From Octopus vulgaris (lineage: Eukaryota), in NCBI GenBank assembly GCA_951406725.2, contig OX597815.1:90644001-90708000 (forward strand): a stretch of DNA of 64,000 bases, read 5' to 3'. Both the position numbers and the translations under genes were made by a program. Shown here in pieces: positions 13,177 through 25,393 of the stretch (position 1 is the first letter of the stretch; each line of letters begins with the position of its first letter). The notes below the pieces were generated by a model. It saw nothing but the letters and a program-made list of their open reading frames with translations. It was not told the DNA's origin and ran no database searches.

Positions 13177-13180
<4 letters not shown>
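12485..13180 (+). mobile_element. Non-coding retrozyme-like or PLE-derived element: 535-bp unit with 161-bp direct terminal redundancy and one hammerhead ribozyme
   Basis: 12485-12645 = 13020-13180 (one mismatch seen); (TA)n on both flanks; no ORF of 60 aa or more; canonical HHR inside. Confidence 0.8.
12807..12902 (+). ncRNA. Type I hammerhead ribozyme with intact core
   Basis: CAGAT.. TTTTGG (12814-12819), CTGAGGA (12820-12826), stem II GCTA/TAGC, GAAA (12878-12881), CAATTG, TC, CCAAAA (12890-12895), ..ATCTG. GUC cleavage after 12889; palindromic ACAATTGT. Confidence 0.88.
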
Positions 13181-13209
<29 letters not shown>

Positions 13210-13399
13210 GCATATATATATGTGTGTGTGTGTGTGTGTGTATGTATCTATGTATGTAATGAAACTATGGCGGTTTAGTTCACAAGTGATCAGAACGACT
13301 AGGTACGCTAGGTAATTGCTGCAACGGATTACCAGGGCTCCAAGATTATTGCTGAGATGGTAGTTATTGAGCCATTGTAGATCTCCGATATAGCGGATA

Positions 13400-14005
13400 T
13401 GTAACTGTTAAAGAGGACAACAAACATTATTATTAGAAAAATTCAAAGTCTTACAGCTGTTTCTGGGATCTCCCAGAGCATGGGTTATTCCATCATTCGA
13501 GACAAATATTCTCATGCACTGTAGTCTATTATAGCTCATTTTATGCTAATGCTAATCCTTAATTTCCTCCCTCACACTCTACCTCTCTTTCTATTTATTT
13601 TTTTTCCTTTCGTTCTACCATTTAATAGCCACTTCCGCTACCATTCTATTATTGAACGTTAATACGTTCGCGTCTATTTCTGGATATTAACACTATTATG
13701 GCTTTAACCTATATGGATATACACAGGATTGCACCTCAGGACTTACGAACTTACTTCTACATAATCGAAAATTTGAACAGTCAACTTTTATACATCCTTT
13801 TTCTTCTCTTTCTTCATCTCTTTATTTCTTTTCTCCTGTCCTCTGTGTCGTCATTTCATTACTCTATGCCCTCTCATTTCTACTTGTCACTGATGGTGGT
13901 ATATTCCATATTCTAGGATATCCCAGAAACAACTGTAAGACTGAATTTTTCCAATAATAACAACGTATGTGACTTGAGATGTTTGTCTTGCCTTTAACAA
14001 TTAAA
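13400..14005. mobile_element. Old PLE-like remnant with diverged inverted repeats, each carrying a decayed hammerhead
   Basis: 13405-13505 is an inverted homolog of about 13885-14000; GAAACAGCTGTAAGAC (-) versus GAAACAACTGTAAGAC (+). Confidence 0.7.
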
Positions 14006-14677
14006 GTGTGACAACTTTGTTCGTTTCTACGTTCCTCCTTCATCTTCTTCTCACTCATGTCCTATATTCAAACACTTTTATTTATTTTATGTGTAAATTA
14101 GTAGAAATACATGCATGTACATGTGTGCGTGTGTATGTGTTTTTGTTCGTGTAGGTTTATGTGTGCATATGTATATATTTATGTATCTATTTATACGTGC
14201 CTCTATATATATAATATATATATATATATGGATGGATGTGTGTGTGTAAGTGTGCGCACATGTATGTGTGTGTGCGTACGTGTGTCAGTACTTCAGTGTT
14301 TGAGATAAAATTGTCAATAATATAATGCTTGAAGTTCCGTATGTGAAGAATATGCTACTTATTTTGCCTGTATGTGCTTTAAGTACCAGCTTTTAATGCT
14401 GCCCTCATGCACCTGAAGTACGATCTAGAGTAACTTGTTTGAGCAGTGGTACAGTAAACATGTCTTCACATTTGTGCAGTTACACACATTTAAACTAGTA
14501 CTCAGATTGATGCAATTCTTCAAAAGATAAATTGAGCAAGAGATAGAAAATAGATACATTCTTGCATACGTATATTATCTTCCGAACAATTTCACTCTGC
14601 ATCACATTCTGCGTGCATATATATATACATACATACATGCAAGCATGCATACATACATACATACATACATACATACA

Positions 14678-14713
<36 letters not shown>

Positions 14714-16834
14714 CATCCATACATACATACATGCATGCATAAATAAATACATACATGCATGAATGAATAAATGCATACTGTCTATATACATATACTAAAA
14801 CAATATAATTGACTACACAAAGTTTAGATCTTAGTATAGCTTTACATAATATAGTGGCAACATGTTGTCATTAGGAGAACAGACGTCCAGCGTATCTAAA
14901 GGTAAACTACTAACAATCAAAGCAGTTGTTTACATCATGATGTCGATTGCACTGTTTCATTAGAGATGGGAAGTTTAATCAGGCTTTCTGTCTTACTCTT
15001 CTAGGGATTCATTAGTGATAGGTATAATTTCATCAAAGCAGCCATTAGGAAATTACCAGGCAGACGTTCTTGACAGCGCTATTGGAAATATTTACAATTA
15101 TGTGGTCTTCAAATATCAGATTCTAGATTGTTCAAAGCTCTTTTCGATTTCATCACCAATATTCATTTTGCCACTGAGTTATATGCTGAACATGCGCAGA
15201 AGTTCGCCCTAATTGTTCTATTGATATCACTAAGCAAGAATTTAACATCAACTAAAAAATACACCATCTAGGAAAGAACGGGAGTGACATGTATGCTTTG
15301 TATTAATTAATTCATGCTGGTTAGCAAAAATGAATGTGATATATATTTATTTCCTTCTGATGTAGTATAATAATATCCACCCCTGAATATTTTATGATAC
15401 TTTTTATACGCAAGAAATAATAGACGCAATAATACAGTTTATGAATTGCTACATAATATATACGTAAATATATTTACAGAAATATAATGGGCTTATAATA
15501 AATAGCATTCAGGTATATTCTTTTCTACTCTAGGCACAAGGCCCAAACTTTTGGGGGAGGGGGCCAGTCGATTAGATCAACCCCAGTACGCAACTGGCAC
15601 TTAATTTATCGACCTCGAAAGGATGAATTTAACAACAGCCGTCCCAGTGCGTGATACATCTCACGATTGCACCTTTCATTCAAAAACGAAGATTGTTGAT
15701 TTACTAAAAATGATGATCAGTAAAATTTTAAGTTAAACTAAATACATGCTATCCTTCAATGAGAAGGACGGGGAAAGATGGAAGGAAAAATTAGCATTAT
15801 GATATCCATTACTAGTCATTAGGATAAATCACACATTTTGGTGACGAAACCTCCAGTTGTACATCGTCACTTGTGTTTTTCAGTTGGTTTGTTGTATAAC
15901 AATATTTTTTGGATCGTGATACTTGTAATTTACTGTTTTCTTTTTTCTATTTAGCGGCGGTAAGTTTTTTTATTTAAAAATCTTCTACTATATTTTGATA
16001 ATATTCTTTATAAACACGTTTACTCGATACCTTGAAGCTTCAGAATCAATCTTTAGATGTTTTGAAATGCAACCAAAATATATTCCCAAAGCTTTGGAAC
16101 AGCTTCAAAGAATGCATTAATTTACTGCCAATAACATATTAAAGTGTGAGTGTAAGAAATATCAACGTAAAGTTGGCAATAAAGTTGCTTGCCATATTAC
16201 GATGAAAGAATAATTTTTATTTTTTTCATTTGATCCCCAAAATATTAAGCAATACCGAGTATATTTTAATAGTACGTCTCAACCACTGCATAATGTCTTG
16301 AGGCGTTTTAACCTAGTACATACATACATAGATATATAAGTGTGAATATGTGTGGGAGAGAGGGGCAGAGAGTGTGCATGTGTATGCATTAATGTACATA
16401 TATATGTGTGTGTTTATGTGTGTGTATACTTCAACAGCACGCACACTGAAATACATACAGATGTACCTATGTATACAGATATGAATGCATGTATGCACGT
16501 ATATATGCATACATATGAAATACTGAAGCTGATTTAATTGAACTACAAGTAAAAGAGGAGATGTTACGAGGTTGCAAATAAATTAGTTTTTGTTAGTAAA
16601 GTAAAATTTCTCCAGTGTTGTGTACTTTATATTTCATATACATTTCATTATGACTGAAACTCTGTAGTTTACAGAGCTATATTGAACTGAGTGCTGACTA
16701 TGTTATTAAATGTTTTACATTTTGAATTTGGGAGTAGCTCTAAAAGTCTGATATCATTTAATTTCCTCCTCCTACTCACGTTGAATTCTTGATTGGAACT
16801 CATGAGTTCAACTCAGGCCGAAATCGATATTGGT

Positions 16835-17035
16835 TTCAAAGCCAGCAGGTTCGACGGGGTGGGATGAGTCGATTACAACGACCTCAGTGTTCGACTGGTA
16901 CTTGTTTCATCGACCTCGAATGGATGAAAGGCAAAGCCAACCTTGGCAGCATTTAAACTCAGAACTTGATGACGGACGAAATGCTGCTAAGCATTTTACC
17001 CGGTGTACCAACGATTCTGCCAGTTCTCTGCCTTC
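16835..17035 (-). mobile_element. SINE family B, diverged
   Basis: Reverse complement is similar to 10708-10925. Confidence 0.65.
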
Positions 17036-17333
17036 ACACCGAAGTCGATATTAATGTATCTTTCGCCTAGTAGCTGATTAAATACTCTCTGGAGAATATT
17101 TTCTACAAATATATTGCCTTGAACCAGTTTATGCCTTGCAGTGCTCTATAATTTAATGTGTATTTGTGTACGTGTGTGTGCGTGCGTGTGTGTCTTCTCG
17201 TGAGAGTGCATGCATTTACGAATGTATGTGCATATGTATAAATGCAAAATATTGTTTAAAACCGTTCAAAACCGTCTTTAATGCAAGGAACGTGACTCAC
17301 CATTGCAAGGGAAATAACTCTTTATACATATAT

Positions 17334-17422
<89 letters not shown>

Positions 17423-17443
17423 ATTATTAGTGAATTGAAGAAA

Positions 17444-17492
<49 letters not shown>

Positions 17493-17535
17493 TTATTAGT
17501 GAATTGAAGAAATGGAGTTGAACGAAGATTGAACA

Positions 17536-17646
17536 GAATTCCTTTTATTGCATTCTACACATGTTTCAAAAGCCACAATTTTCCAAATTCTGATTAAATA
17601 AGGATCCCATATTGTGGCTTTCTCTTCAGGAAAAAAATAGGAATTC
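17536..17646 (-). ncRNA. Type I hammerhead ribozyme with extended stems I and II
   Basis: Minus strand: GAATTCCT..TTC-CTGAAGA-GAAAGCCACAAT..loop..ATTGTGGCTTTT-GAAA-CATGTG-TA-GAA..AGGAATTC; palindromic ACATGT; GUA site. Confidence 0.82.
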
Positions 17647-18234
17647 CGTTGGCAGAACAAAACAGAACAGAGGCGCAGCAAAGCAATTTGAACGAGGCGG
17701 CTCTTTAAGAGCCCATGGCTGAACTGATTATCAATGTACGTTGAAATCGGGTGGTGGGTGCGTTGAAGATATTTACAGGTCAGGCGGCGGTCAAATCCAG
17801 TAGGTGAGAGCAAGGGGTGTGGAGATGTTCTGTGTGACCAAAACTAAAATTCTGAATATTTTAAAGAATACTGGGTGTGTTTTTTGGGGGCGAGCGAAAA
17901 AAATACCTAGAAGCATGTATGTGTGTACTGGCCTATGTGTGCGCCGCCGTATGTTGGTAAAAGGCGCTACTTAATGGTCACTGCTGAAAAATTCGTCAGG
18001 CGGCAGAAAATATTTTTTGTGTACGTGTGTTCGTCTAGGCCTGCTTGTCAAAAAATTAACGTCGTCAAAGAATCCTAAGGGTATATAAAATTCCAGCTTT
18101 TGCTTCCAAAACAAACCATCATTCGCCTAATGGGAGTAATTTCCCCTTGCTAGGGTTATTCATATATTTCTTAAAAAGCTTTTTCAAAAAATTATTTCCA
18201 AGGATTATTTTCATTTTAGTGGTGTAACAGGTTG

Positions 18235-19680
18235 CTAATTGTCTAAGGTATCATTTATAAGCAAGATAAGTATAACGCCGCCAATGGGGACATCGAAAGC
18301 CGACTGTAAAAGTCCGTTTACCAACCGGTCTCTGGCGAACAATATGTGGAAAAGCTCAGAGACACAAAGATTGCACTTCCTTCTGCCCCTATCGAATGGG
18401 AGGGCCACCGACAAAATCGACCATTCCAGCCTGAAACCTGAGTTCGCGTTCTTCAAACCCCATATAAGCTTGCGAAGTCCCGTGGCTTGGTATTTATTCA
18501 CGTCGCGAATAGTTGCGAAATGGTTGGAAATTCGCAAGGCCAATTTTGACGATGAGGCCCCCGACATACGAGTAGACATCTGAGTCCGTGTAAACCTTAC
18601 ATTGGTAAATGGCATTTCTGATCTTGGAGTTACACGACAAGAACCTTATTCTATTGGGATTAACTTCTGAAATTAGAACTGCGTTACTGTTACTATATTG
18701 ATTGCGAGAACTGCGGCCGCTTACTACTTTATATTCCTCCAAATCACTATTAATTAACGGACTAACCCCTGAGCCTTCACTATCACTGAGAGCGCTGTAA
18801 TTGCTAGTATCGGTGGGACTGCTATTGCCGGAAACGATGTAGGACTCTCTACATTAATGACCCGAGCTGCGCTCACCTCACTGTTGCCATTACTAACGTT
18901 AATGACATCACCATTTCTTCTATCGCTACTTCTAGTATTTAATCCCTGGTTGGTACTGAGATTATCAGTCACTGTACTGGCTCTCTTATCGTTATTACTA
19001 GTATTATTATTCCTACTGATCGTTAAACTGGGAGCGGACGGAGCTGCGCCTCCGGACAAAGGTGGTAGGGTCTTAATAAGCAGCCTATTATTATGGGAGG
19101 CGATTATCTGGGAAAGGTTTTTTGTGTTGGAGAAAGCTATCCTAACTTTATGCGAATTAACCGTGGAGTAATATTTGGAATTTCTGGGGAAGTTACTGGC
19201 CATGGCTTGTCGAAACAGGAGGGGAAGGTTAGTTCTAATCTGCTTACCAAAGGGAATAACAAACCATATATACTTATTCCTATTTATGTGATGGGTCGGG
19301 AAGCCAGCTCTAACATTATGGTGGGTGATTATAGGATGAATAACGGGTTTTGGTTTAGTGTGAACTCCCCCGGCCCGATAATTATCTTTGTTCCCTAAAT
19401 TAAATCTGGAAGTACCTGCTCTAACACTCCCCGCGCTCCCGTCACTACTTAAATTATTTATGTTATTATAGACGGCCCTATCCTGATGACTGAATGGTGG
19501 CATCGGAAGGGCTGGATCAATATATACTACCTTCTGCCTATAGCCGGCTTTGGATAGTGCGGCGTTATAAAATTCCGCTTTCTGCATAAAAATGTCGGCA
19601 CTAGCGGACAAGTTAGACAATCTTAGAGAGATGTTTTTAACCAAATTATCTGTTACGGTTTTGGCATGATTGGAGAAGAC
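18235..19680 (-). pseudogene. Frameshifted PLE ORF: RT thumb, long low-complexity linker, GIY-YIG endonuclease
   Basis: FSNHAK..LVKNISLRLSNLS, FYNAALSKAGY, YIWFVIPF, IAFSNTKNL..II.SHN, NAIYQCKV...YSYVG, then LRISNH...LIWGLK...WSIL...CNLCVSE in another frame. Frameshifts near 18790, 18558 and 18295. Confidence 0.85.
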
Positions 19681-19681
19681 A

Positions 19682-19776
19682 CTGAAGAGAAAGCCACAAT
19701 ATGGGATCCTTATTTAATCAGAATTTGGAACATTGTGGCTTTTGAAACATGTGTAGAATGCAATAAAAGGAATTCT
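19682..19776 (+). ncRNA. Hammerhead copy in the inverted pLTR, lacking the 5' strand of stem I
   Basis: Starts exactly at CTGAAGA (19682); stem II, GAAACATGTGTAGAA and the 3' strand of stem I are retained. Confidence 0.7.
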
Positions 19777-19972
19777 GTTCAATCTTCGTTCAACTCCATT
19801 TCTTCAATTCACTAATAATACTGAAATTCAATTATCCGCACCAACGCACGGTTGCAACACCAAAAGGTTTTATCTCCAACCGTGCTTTCTTCTGTCGTGA
19901 TTTTTGCTACCAAGGTATCGGTTAAACTTTTGATTAATCAGCAACAAGATTATTCATCTTTCTATTTTACCA

Positions 19973-20007
<35 letters not shown>

Positions 20008-20082
20008 ACACACGCACATATATATATATTATAGCCTCAGTTTTGTGAGTAGATTTGGTACTCGGAAACTGAAAGGAGTCTG

Positions 20083-20190
<108 letters not shown>

Positions 20191-20202
20191 AGAGAGAGAG
20201 AG

Positions 20203-20506
20203 AGGCGCAATGGCCCAGTGGTTAGGGCTGCGGACTCGCAGTCGTAGGATCGAGGTTTTGATTCCCAGACCAGGCGTTGTGAGTGTTTATTGAGCGAAAA
20301 CACCTAAAGCTCCACGTGGCTCCGGCGGGAGATGGTTGCGATCACTGCTGTACTCTTTCGCTACAACTTTCTCTCACTCTTTCTTCTGTTGGCCTGCTCG
20401 CTTAGCCAGCGGGGTGGCGTTATTTGAAGGCTAAAACAATGAGAAGCGCATTGTGACTAGCGACGTGTAGCAATATCTGATAGCCTGGTCGATCGCGGTG
20501 ATCACA

Positions 20507-20510
<4 letters not shown>
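20203..20510 (+). mobile_element. tRNA-derived SINE (family C)
   Basis: GGCGCAATGGCCCAGTGGTTAGGG...GGTTTTGATTCCC tRNA-like head with A and B boxes, followed by a non-tRNA body ending in (TA)n. Confidence 0.75.
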
Positions 20511-20583
<73 letters not shown>

Positions 20584-20604
20584 TAAAGCAGCAGAAAATT
20601 CATC

Positions 20605-20651
20605 AAAACCTGTTACTCTGAGTTTCCCGTTGCCGTTCATCGGACAGTTTT
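20605..20651 (-). ncRNA. Solo minimal hammerhead-like motif (U4C core variant)
   Basis: Minus strand: AAAACTGT-CCGATGA-aCGgcaaCGg-GAAA-CTCaGAG-TA-ACAGgTTTT, within an ~80-bp island between TA runs. Confidence 0.6.
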
Positions 20652-20659
20652 TGACATAG

Positions 20660-21433
20660 ATATATATATATTATAATCCTGAAATGCGAAAACTTTGTTT
20701 GTTTGTTTGTTTGTCTGGTTTTGGCATTGAGATCCCGTCGGATTGACTCCAAAATGTACAGGGACATGTAAAATGAGGCGACCATGCCAGTGGGCTAGGT
20801 TAGACACCCATCTTAAAAGGTGTCGTTGCTAGGGCCAAAAACGTACTTTGACAAGTCTACTCTCATTCTTTTATGTATCTGTCTTCCTCCATCACTCACT
20901 CTCTTTCCTCACTTCCCATCACTTTCTATTTATAACGTCGTTTCACAGCGTCTGCTTCCCCTTCACCTTCTCTTTATAACGTCGTTTCACGGCGTTCTAT
21001 ATCTCCCCCTCCCCGCCTTCGACAGCGCTTTCACACTCTCTCTCTCTCTACGTCTGTCTGCATTCATAGAGAGAATTATCATCGCCACAACGACCACACA
21101 ATCATGAGAACAAATATTATGAATCAGATATTTATTGGGTTAATTTATATGTGTGTGTGTGTGTTCTATATATAAATATGTATATATAATGTATATATAC
21201 AAAGTGTATATATCTGTATTTATGTATATTAAACTTTTTTATACTTTTTGATAGTTATATATATTTTTTTTAAAATATAAATATAAATTAATAATTTTAA
21301 TTTTAAATTTAAATAATTTAAATTTTTAAATTTTATATTTTATATATTTTGTATATATTTATTTTTATTTTTATGTTTTGGTTTATGTTTTTCACTGTTT
21401 GATTTGCCTAATAGTGGTTTTATCTCTAATTTA

Positions 21434-21488
<55 letters not shown>

Positions 21489-21513
21489 GTATACATTTGT
21501 ATATATAATGCGT

Positions 21514-21548
<35 letters not shown>

Positions 21549-22443
21549 ATGCGTATAATTATATATATATACAATGTGTGCATTATGTGTTCGGTTGTGC
21601 TGAAAATATGCACACTGGTGTTAAAAGTCCTGGCGAGTTTGCATGCCAACTATTTTTTTCCTCAAATGAAAGGCGTGACCTCTAGGACAAAATTACTCAT
21701 CTTATAATATGTGGCCCGAGTAGACCCGAATGAAATCGGGTTATATTAACCAAAATGTGAAAAGAGGTCTAAATGAGGCTTGAAGGGGATTAAAATTTAC
21801 AGGAGCGGGTGTTTAGGTATTCTCTGTTACATGAAGCTAAAAAATTTGCGCCGGCCTTTAAATCGTCAATGTGTTGCCGTTCATGATGAAGAAGTTTTGA
21901 ATGCTTGCCATGGTGAGTCTACTGTCGTGAGAAAGAATCACTTCAAAGCTTGGTGTTTAGGAATTTTCTTTTACATCAAGTTCAAAATGTTACGCCAGCC
22001 GTTAAACTGCCACTACGTTGCTGTCCGTCGTTAAGAAATGCCAGCCATGGTGACTCTACTATCCTCAGATTCTATCCCTTCAAACCTTGGTTTCCAATAT
22101 TTTTTTATTTCTTTTCAGCTCGCAAGTTCGTCTGTTCCTTTTGAATGTTACTGTTTTGCTGTCTGCCTTGAAGCAGACCTTTCCGTTGTCACTGTCTGAT
22201 ATTTATGATTGATCTTCAAAATTTCTTTCTCAACTTACTCAAGATCTTTTGTTGTTTATAAATGGGAGAGAGATAGATAGAGAGTAAGAGAAAGCGAGGG
22301 AGAGTCCGAGAGAAAGGAAGAGTAAGAGAATGGGAAAGTGGGAGAGAAAGGAGAGAGAAACAAAGAGGGAGAATGTGGTGATAAAAAACATAAAGTAAGA
22401 ACCACACTCTTACCCGCGCGTAGAGCGGGTCACCTTTAGCTAG
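20660..22443 (+). mobile_element. Non-autonomous Helitron (5' boundary approximate)
   Basis: 3' hairpin ACCCGC-gcgtaga-GCGGGT (22412-22430) followed by CTAG|T at 22440-22444; 5' region with a (GTTT)n tract; internal ~140-bp tandem dimer (21810-22095). A second Helitron-like 3' end lies at 22667-22698. Confidence 0.6.
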
Positions 22444-23647
22444 TATATATATATATGTATATTTGTGTTTGTGTGTTTATACCCCCACCATTGATTGGCA
22501 ACTGATGTTGCGGTGTTTACATTCCCATAGATTTGCAGTTCGGCAAAATAAACTGTTAGAATAAGTACCAGGCTTACAAAGAATATATCCTGTAGTTGAT
22601 ATTTTCCAGCATGGCCGCAGTCACATGACTGAAACAAGTAAAACAATAAAAAAATTATGCCATTTTAACCCGAGCAATGCCGGATATCTCTGCTAGTAAT
22701 GAATAAACTTGAAACGAGAATGTTTCCACATTCAAAGGTTCAGTGAAATACAAAACTCGACAGCTACATCAAAAATGCATACAGTAATGTAAATGGCCAA
22801 TGTGACAAATATATCATATATCCATAGACAGATCATTATATTTTGTGTTTCTTCGTTTGTTTTCATATCAATCAATCACTAACTTCCTTTATTTCGCGTC
22901 TACAAGAACAGAATCACTACCTAAACAACCAAATTTGAAAGGCTGACCCTTACAAATATAATTTATTAAATACTATGTATCCTATCAATATACGAAAGTG
23001 CCTTTGCCTATTACATATTTAATGCGCGACCAGGATAATTCAATGAGTAATATAGGCCTCTGAATCGATCAATTGTTTGGTATGCACTTATTATATACGT
23101 GGATACATACTGTAGCTTGAGATACATACAACATACTGAAGAGCGCATCTGTATATTTCGGATTGTCGCTTTTGGTGTATATTCTTTATAGAACATTTCT
23201 GGAAAGCTATTGCCACTACAAATATCTTCAATTGTTACAAAAATCAAATTTACTATACATGCTTTAAATCGGGAAATTGATCTTCAAGGATATATTAAAC
23301 AAAAGAAAGTGTAAATAAATAGGTAAAAGTTGACGAAGAAGGAAAGGCTCAACATCCTCGTGAATTCCCCGTGCAAATATATACTGGAACATTGTAAGGT
23401 ACTAAACAGCATTTCTAGAATCAGACGTCAGAATAAGCCATTTATATAAAGCATTACAAAGAGAACGCGGTATAAAAGAAATGGCTCTATGCCCTATCTT
23501 TTATTTCTGTTATTGTAAACACCTAACATAGCTGCTTGATATACACACACGCTCACACACGCACACACATATGCTCATGCATAGGCAGAGAAAATAAATA
23601 TAAATTCAAACACACACACGCACACACACACATACGTGTATATGTAA

Positions 23648-23703
<56 letters not shown>

Positions 23704-24892
23704 TATATATACATCAAACGGAGACAAGGAGACATCAAATATGTTCAATGCATTAGAAAAGCAGAGAAAAGAGAGAACAAGTTTCAATTGCACAGCAGGA
23801 TTACTTTTTTACACTAGACCAATAAGTATGGAGATAAAATTTTAATAAAGAAAGTAAGACTTCAGATAAAACATACGCATTTCGTATTCATAATAAATGA
23901 ACAAAAGAATGTTCATCTTATTAGCTCGTCTCGATAAGGGATTGAGATGAAGTATCAGCAGTTCGCATCTCGTGATTGGTTCTTAAAACAAATAGAAATA
24001 AAGATAACTCGCAGTCAATCAAAAAAGTGCTTCTTATATTAGAAGCACGGTTTGTAACCTCTGCTGATATAAAACACAGTATAATTGGCGGTTACCTTCT
24101 CTTAAATTCCCACAGATTTCTACTTGTGAAAAGTCTCCAGTTCAAAGTATTATATCACACTATATTGCAAAAAGAAACTAAATTAATGAGGGATTTTCGT
24201 TAGACTTATATTGACAGATATGATTCGAAGAGTCATATTTTTTGTCGACTTTCCTCGAAAATGCTTGTATCTATACAGATCCAAATTCGTTTTAAAGGAT
24301 ACGCACGTGCATATATTAGATATTACTTAGCGTTAGTTGTATGCACGTTCTCATCCACTTCTTCATGCGTATTTGATTTGTCACACGCTTTGGAACGATT
24401 GTAGACGACGGAACATATGTAATGCCATCTACTGTATTCTACACATCCTACACACACACTCTCTCTCTCTCACACACACACGAACATACGTTTACATAAA
24501 TATACTCCGAAATTTTTACTGAAGACCAAGTCCGTTAGGTAAGGAGCGGTTATAGGAGGAATCCAGCTGAGCAGATATGGTGATATTGATGCACATAAAT
24601 TAACAAACAAGCTTGCGATTCATACATCACATATACATGCAAATAGAGAGAAACAAAAACCGGAAACATTCAGAAAATGAACATCTATGTATATGACAAA
24701 GAGTGTAGGCTCGAAACGTCAAAGACTTATCCATTCTTCTTTTACATGTTTCAGTCATTTGTTTGAAGCCATGCTAGTGCACAGCCTTGAAGGATTTTAG
24801 TCGAAACAAATTGACCGCCACATGATTTATTCTTTAAGCTTAGTATTTATTCTAGCGGTCTCTTTTGCCGAGCCGCCCAGTTACTGGAACAT

Positions 24893-24960
<68 letters not shown>

Positions 24961-24963
<3 letters not shown>

Positions 24964-25350
24964 CTGTGTGGTAAGTAGCTTGCTAACCAACCACATGGTT
25001 CCGGGTTCATCCCACTGCGTGACATCTTGGGTAAGTGTCTTCTGCTATAGCCCCGGGCCGACCAATGCCTTGTGAGTGGATTTGGTAGACGGAAACTGAA
25101 AGAAGCCTGTCGTATATATGTATATATATATATGTATGTGTGTGTTTGTGTGTCTGTGTTTGCCCGCTAGCATTGCTTGACAACCGATGCTGGTGTGTTT
25201 ACGTCCCCGTCACTTAGCGGTTCGGCAAAAGAGACCGATAGAATAAGTACTGGGCTTCCAAAGAATAAGTCCCGGGGTCGATTTGCTCGACTAAAGGCGG
25301 TGCTCCAGCATGGCCGCAGTCAAATGACTGAAACAAGTAAAAGAATAAAA
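24961..25350 (+). mobile_element. SINE family A, near full length
   Basis: ggctgtgtggtaag...ccgggttc...ttgggtaagtgtcttct...gcatggccgcagtcaaatgactgaaacaagtaaaaga tail. An oppositely oriented partial copy follows at 25403-25560. Confidence 0.8.
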
Positions 25351-25356
25351 GAAAAA

Positions 25357-25393
<37 letters not shown>

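Larger units (their letters stand above)
17489..19975 (-). mobile_element. Second Penelope-like retroelement (different family), 5'-truncated, with short inverted pLTR and tail, in (TA)n
   Basis: 17489-17629 is inverted at 19682-19822; tail to about 19975; ORF remnants on the minus strand; (TA)n on both flanks. Confidence 0.88.

Noticed and set aside
20203-20275. tRNA-like sequence
   Set aside because: Degenerate acceptor and T arms, and it continues into a SINE body; a SINE head rather than a tRNA gene.
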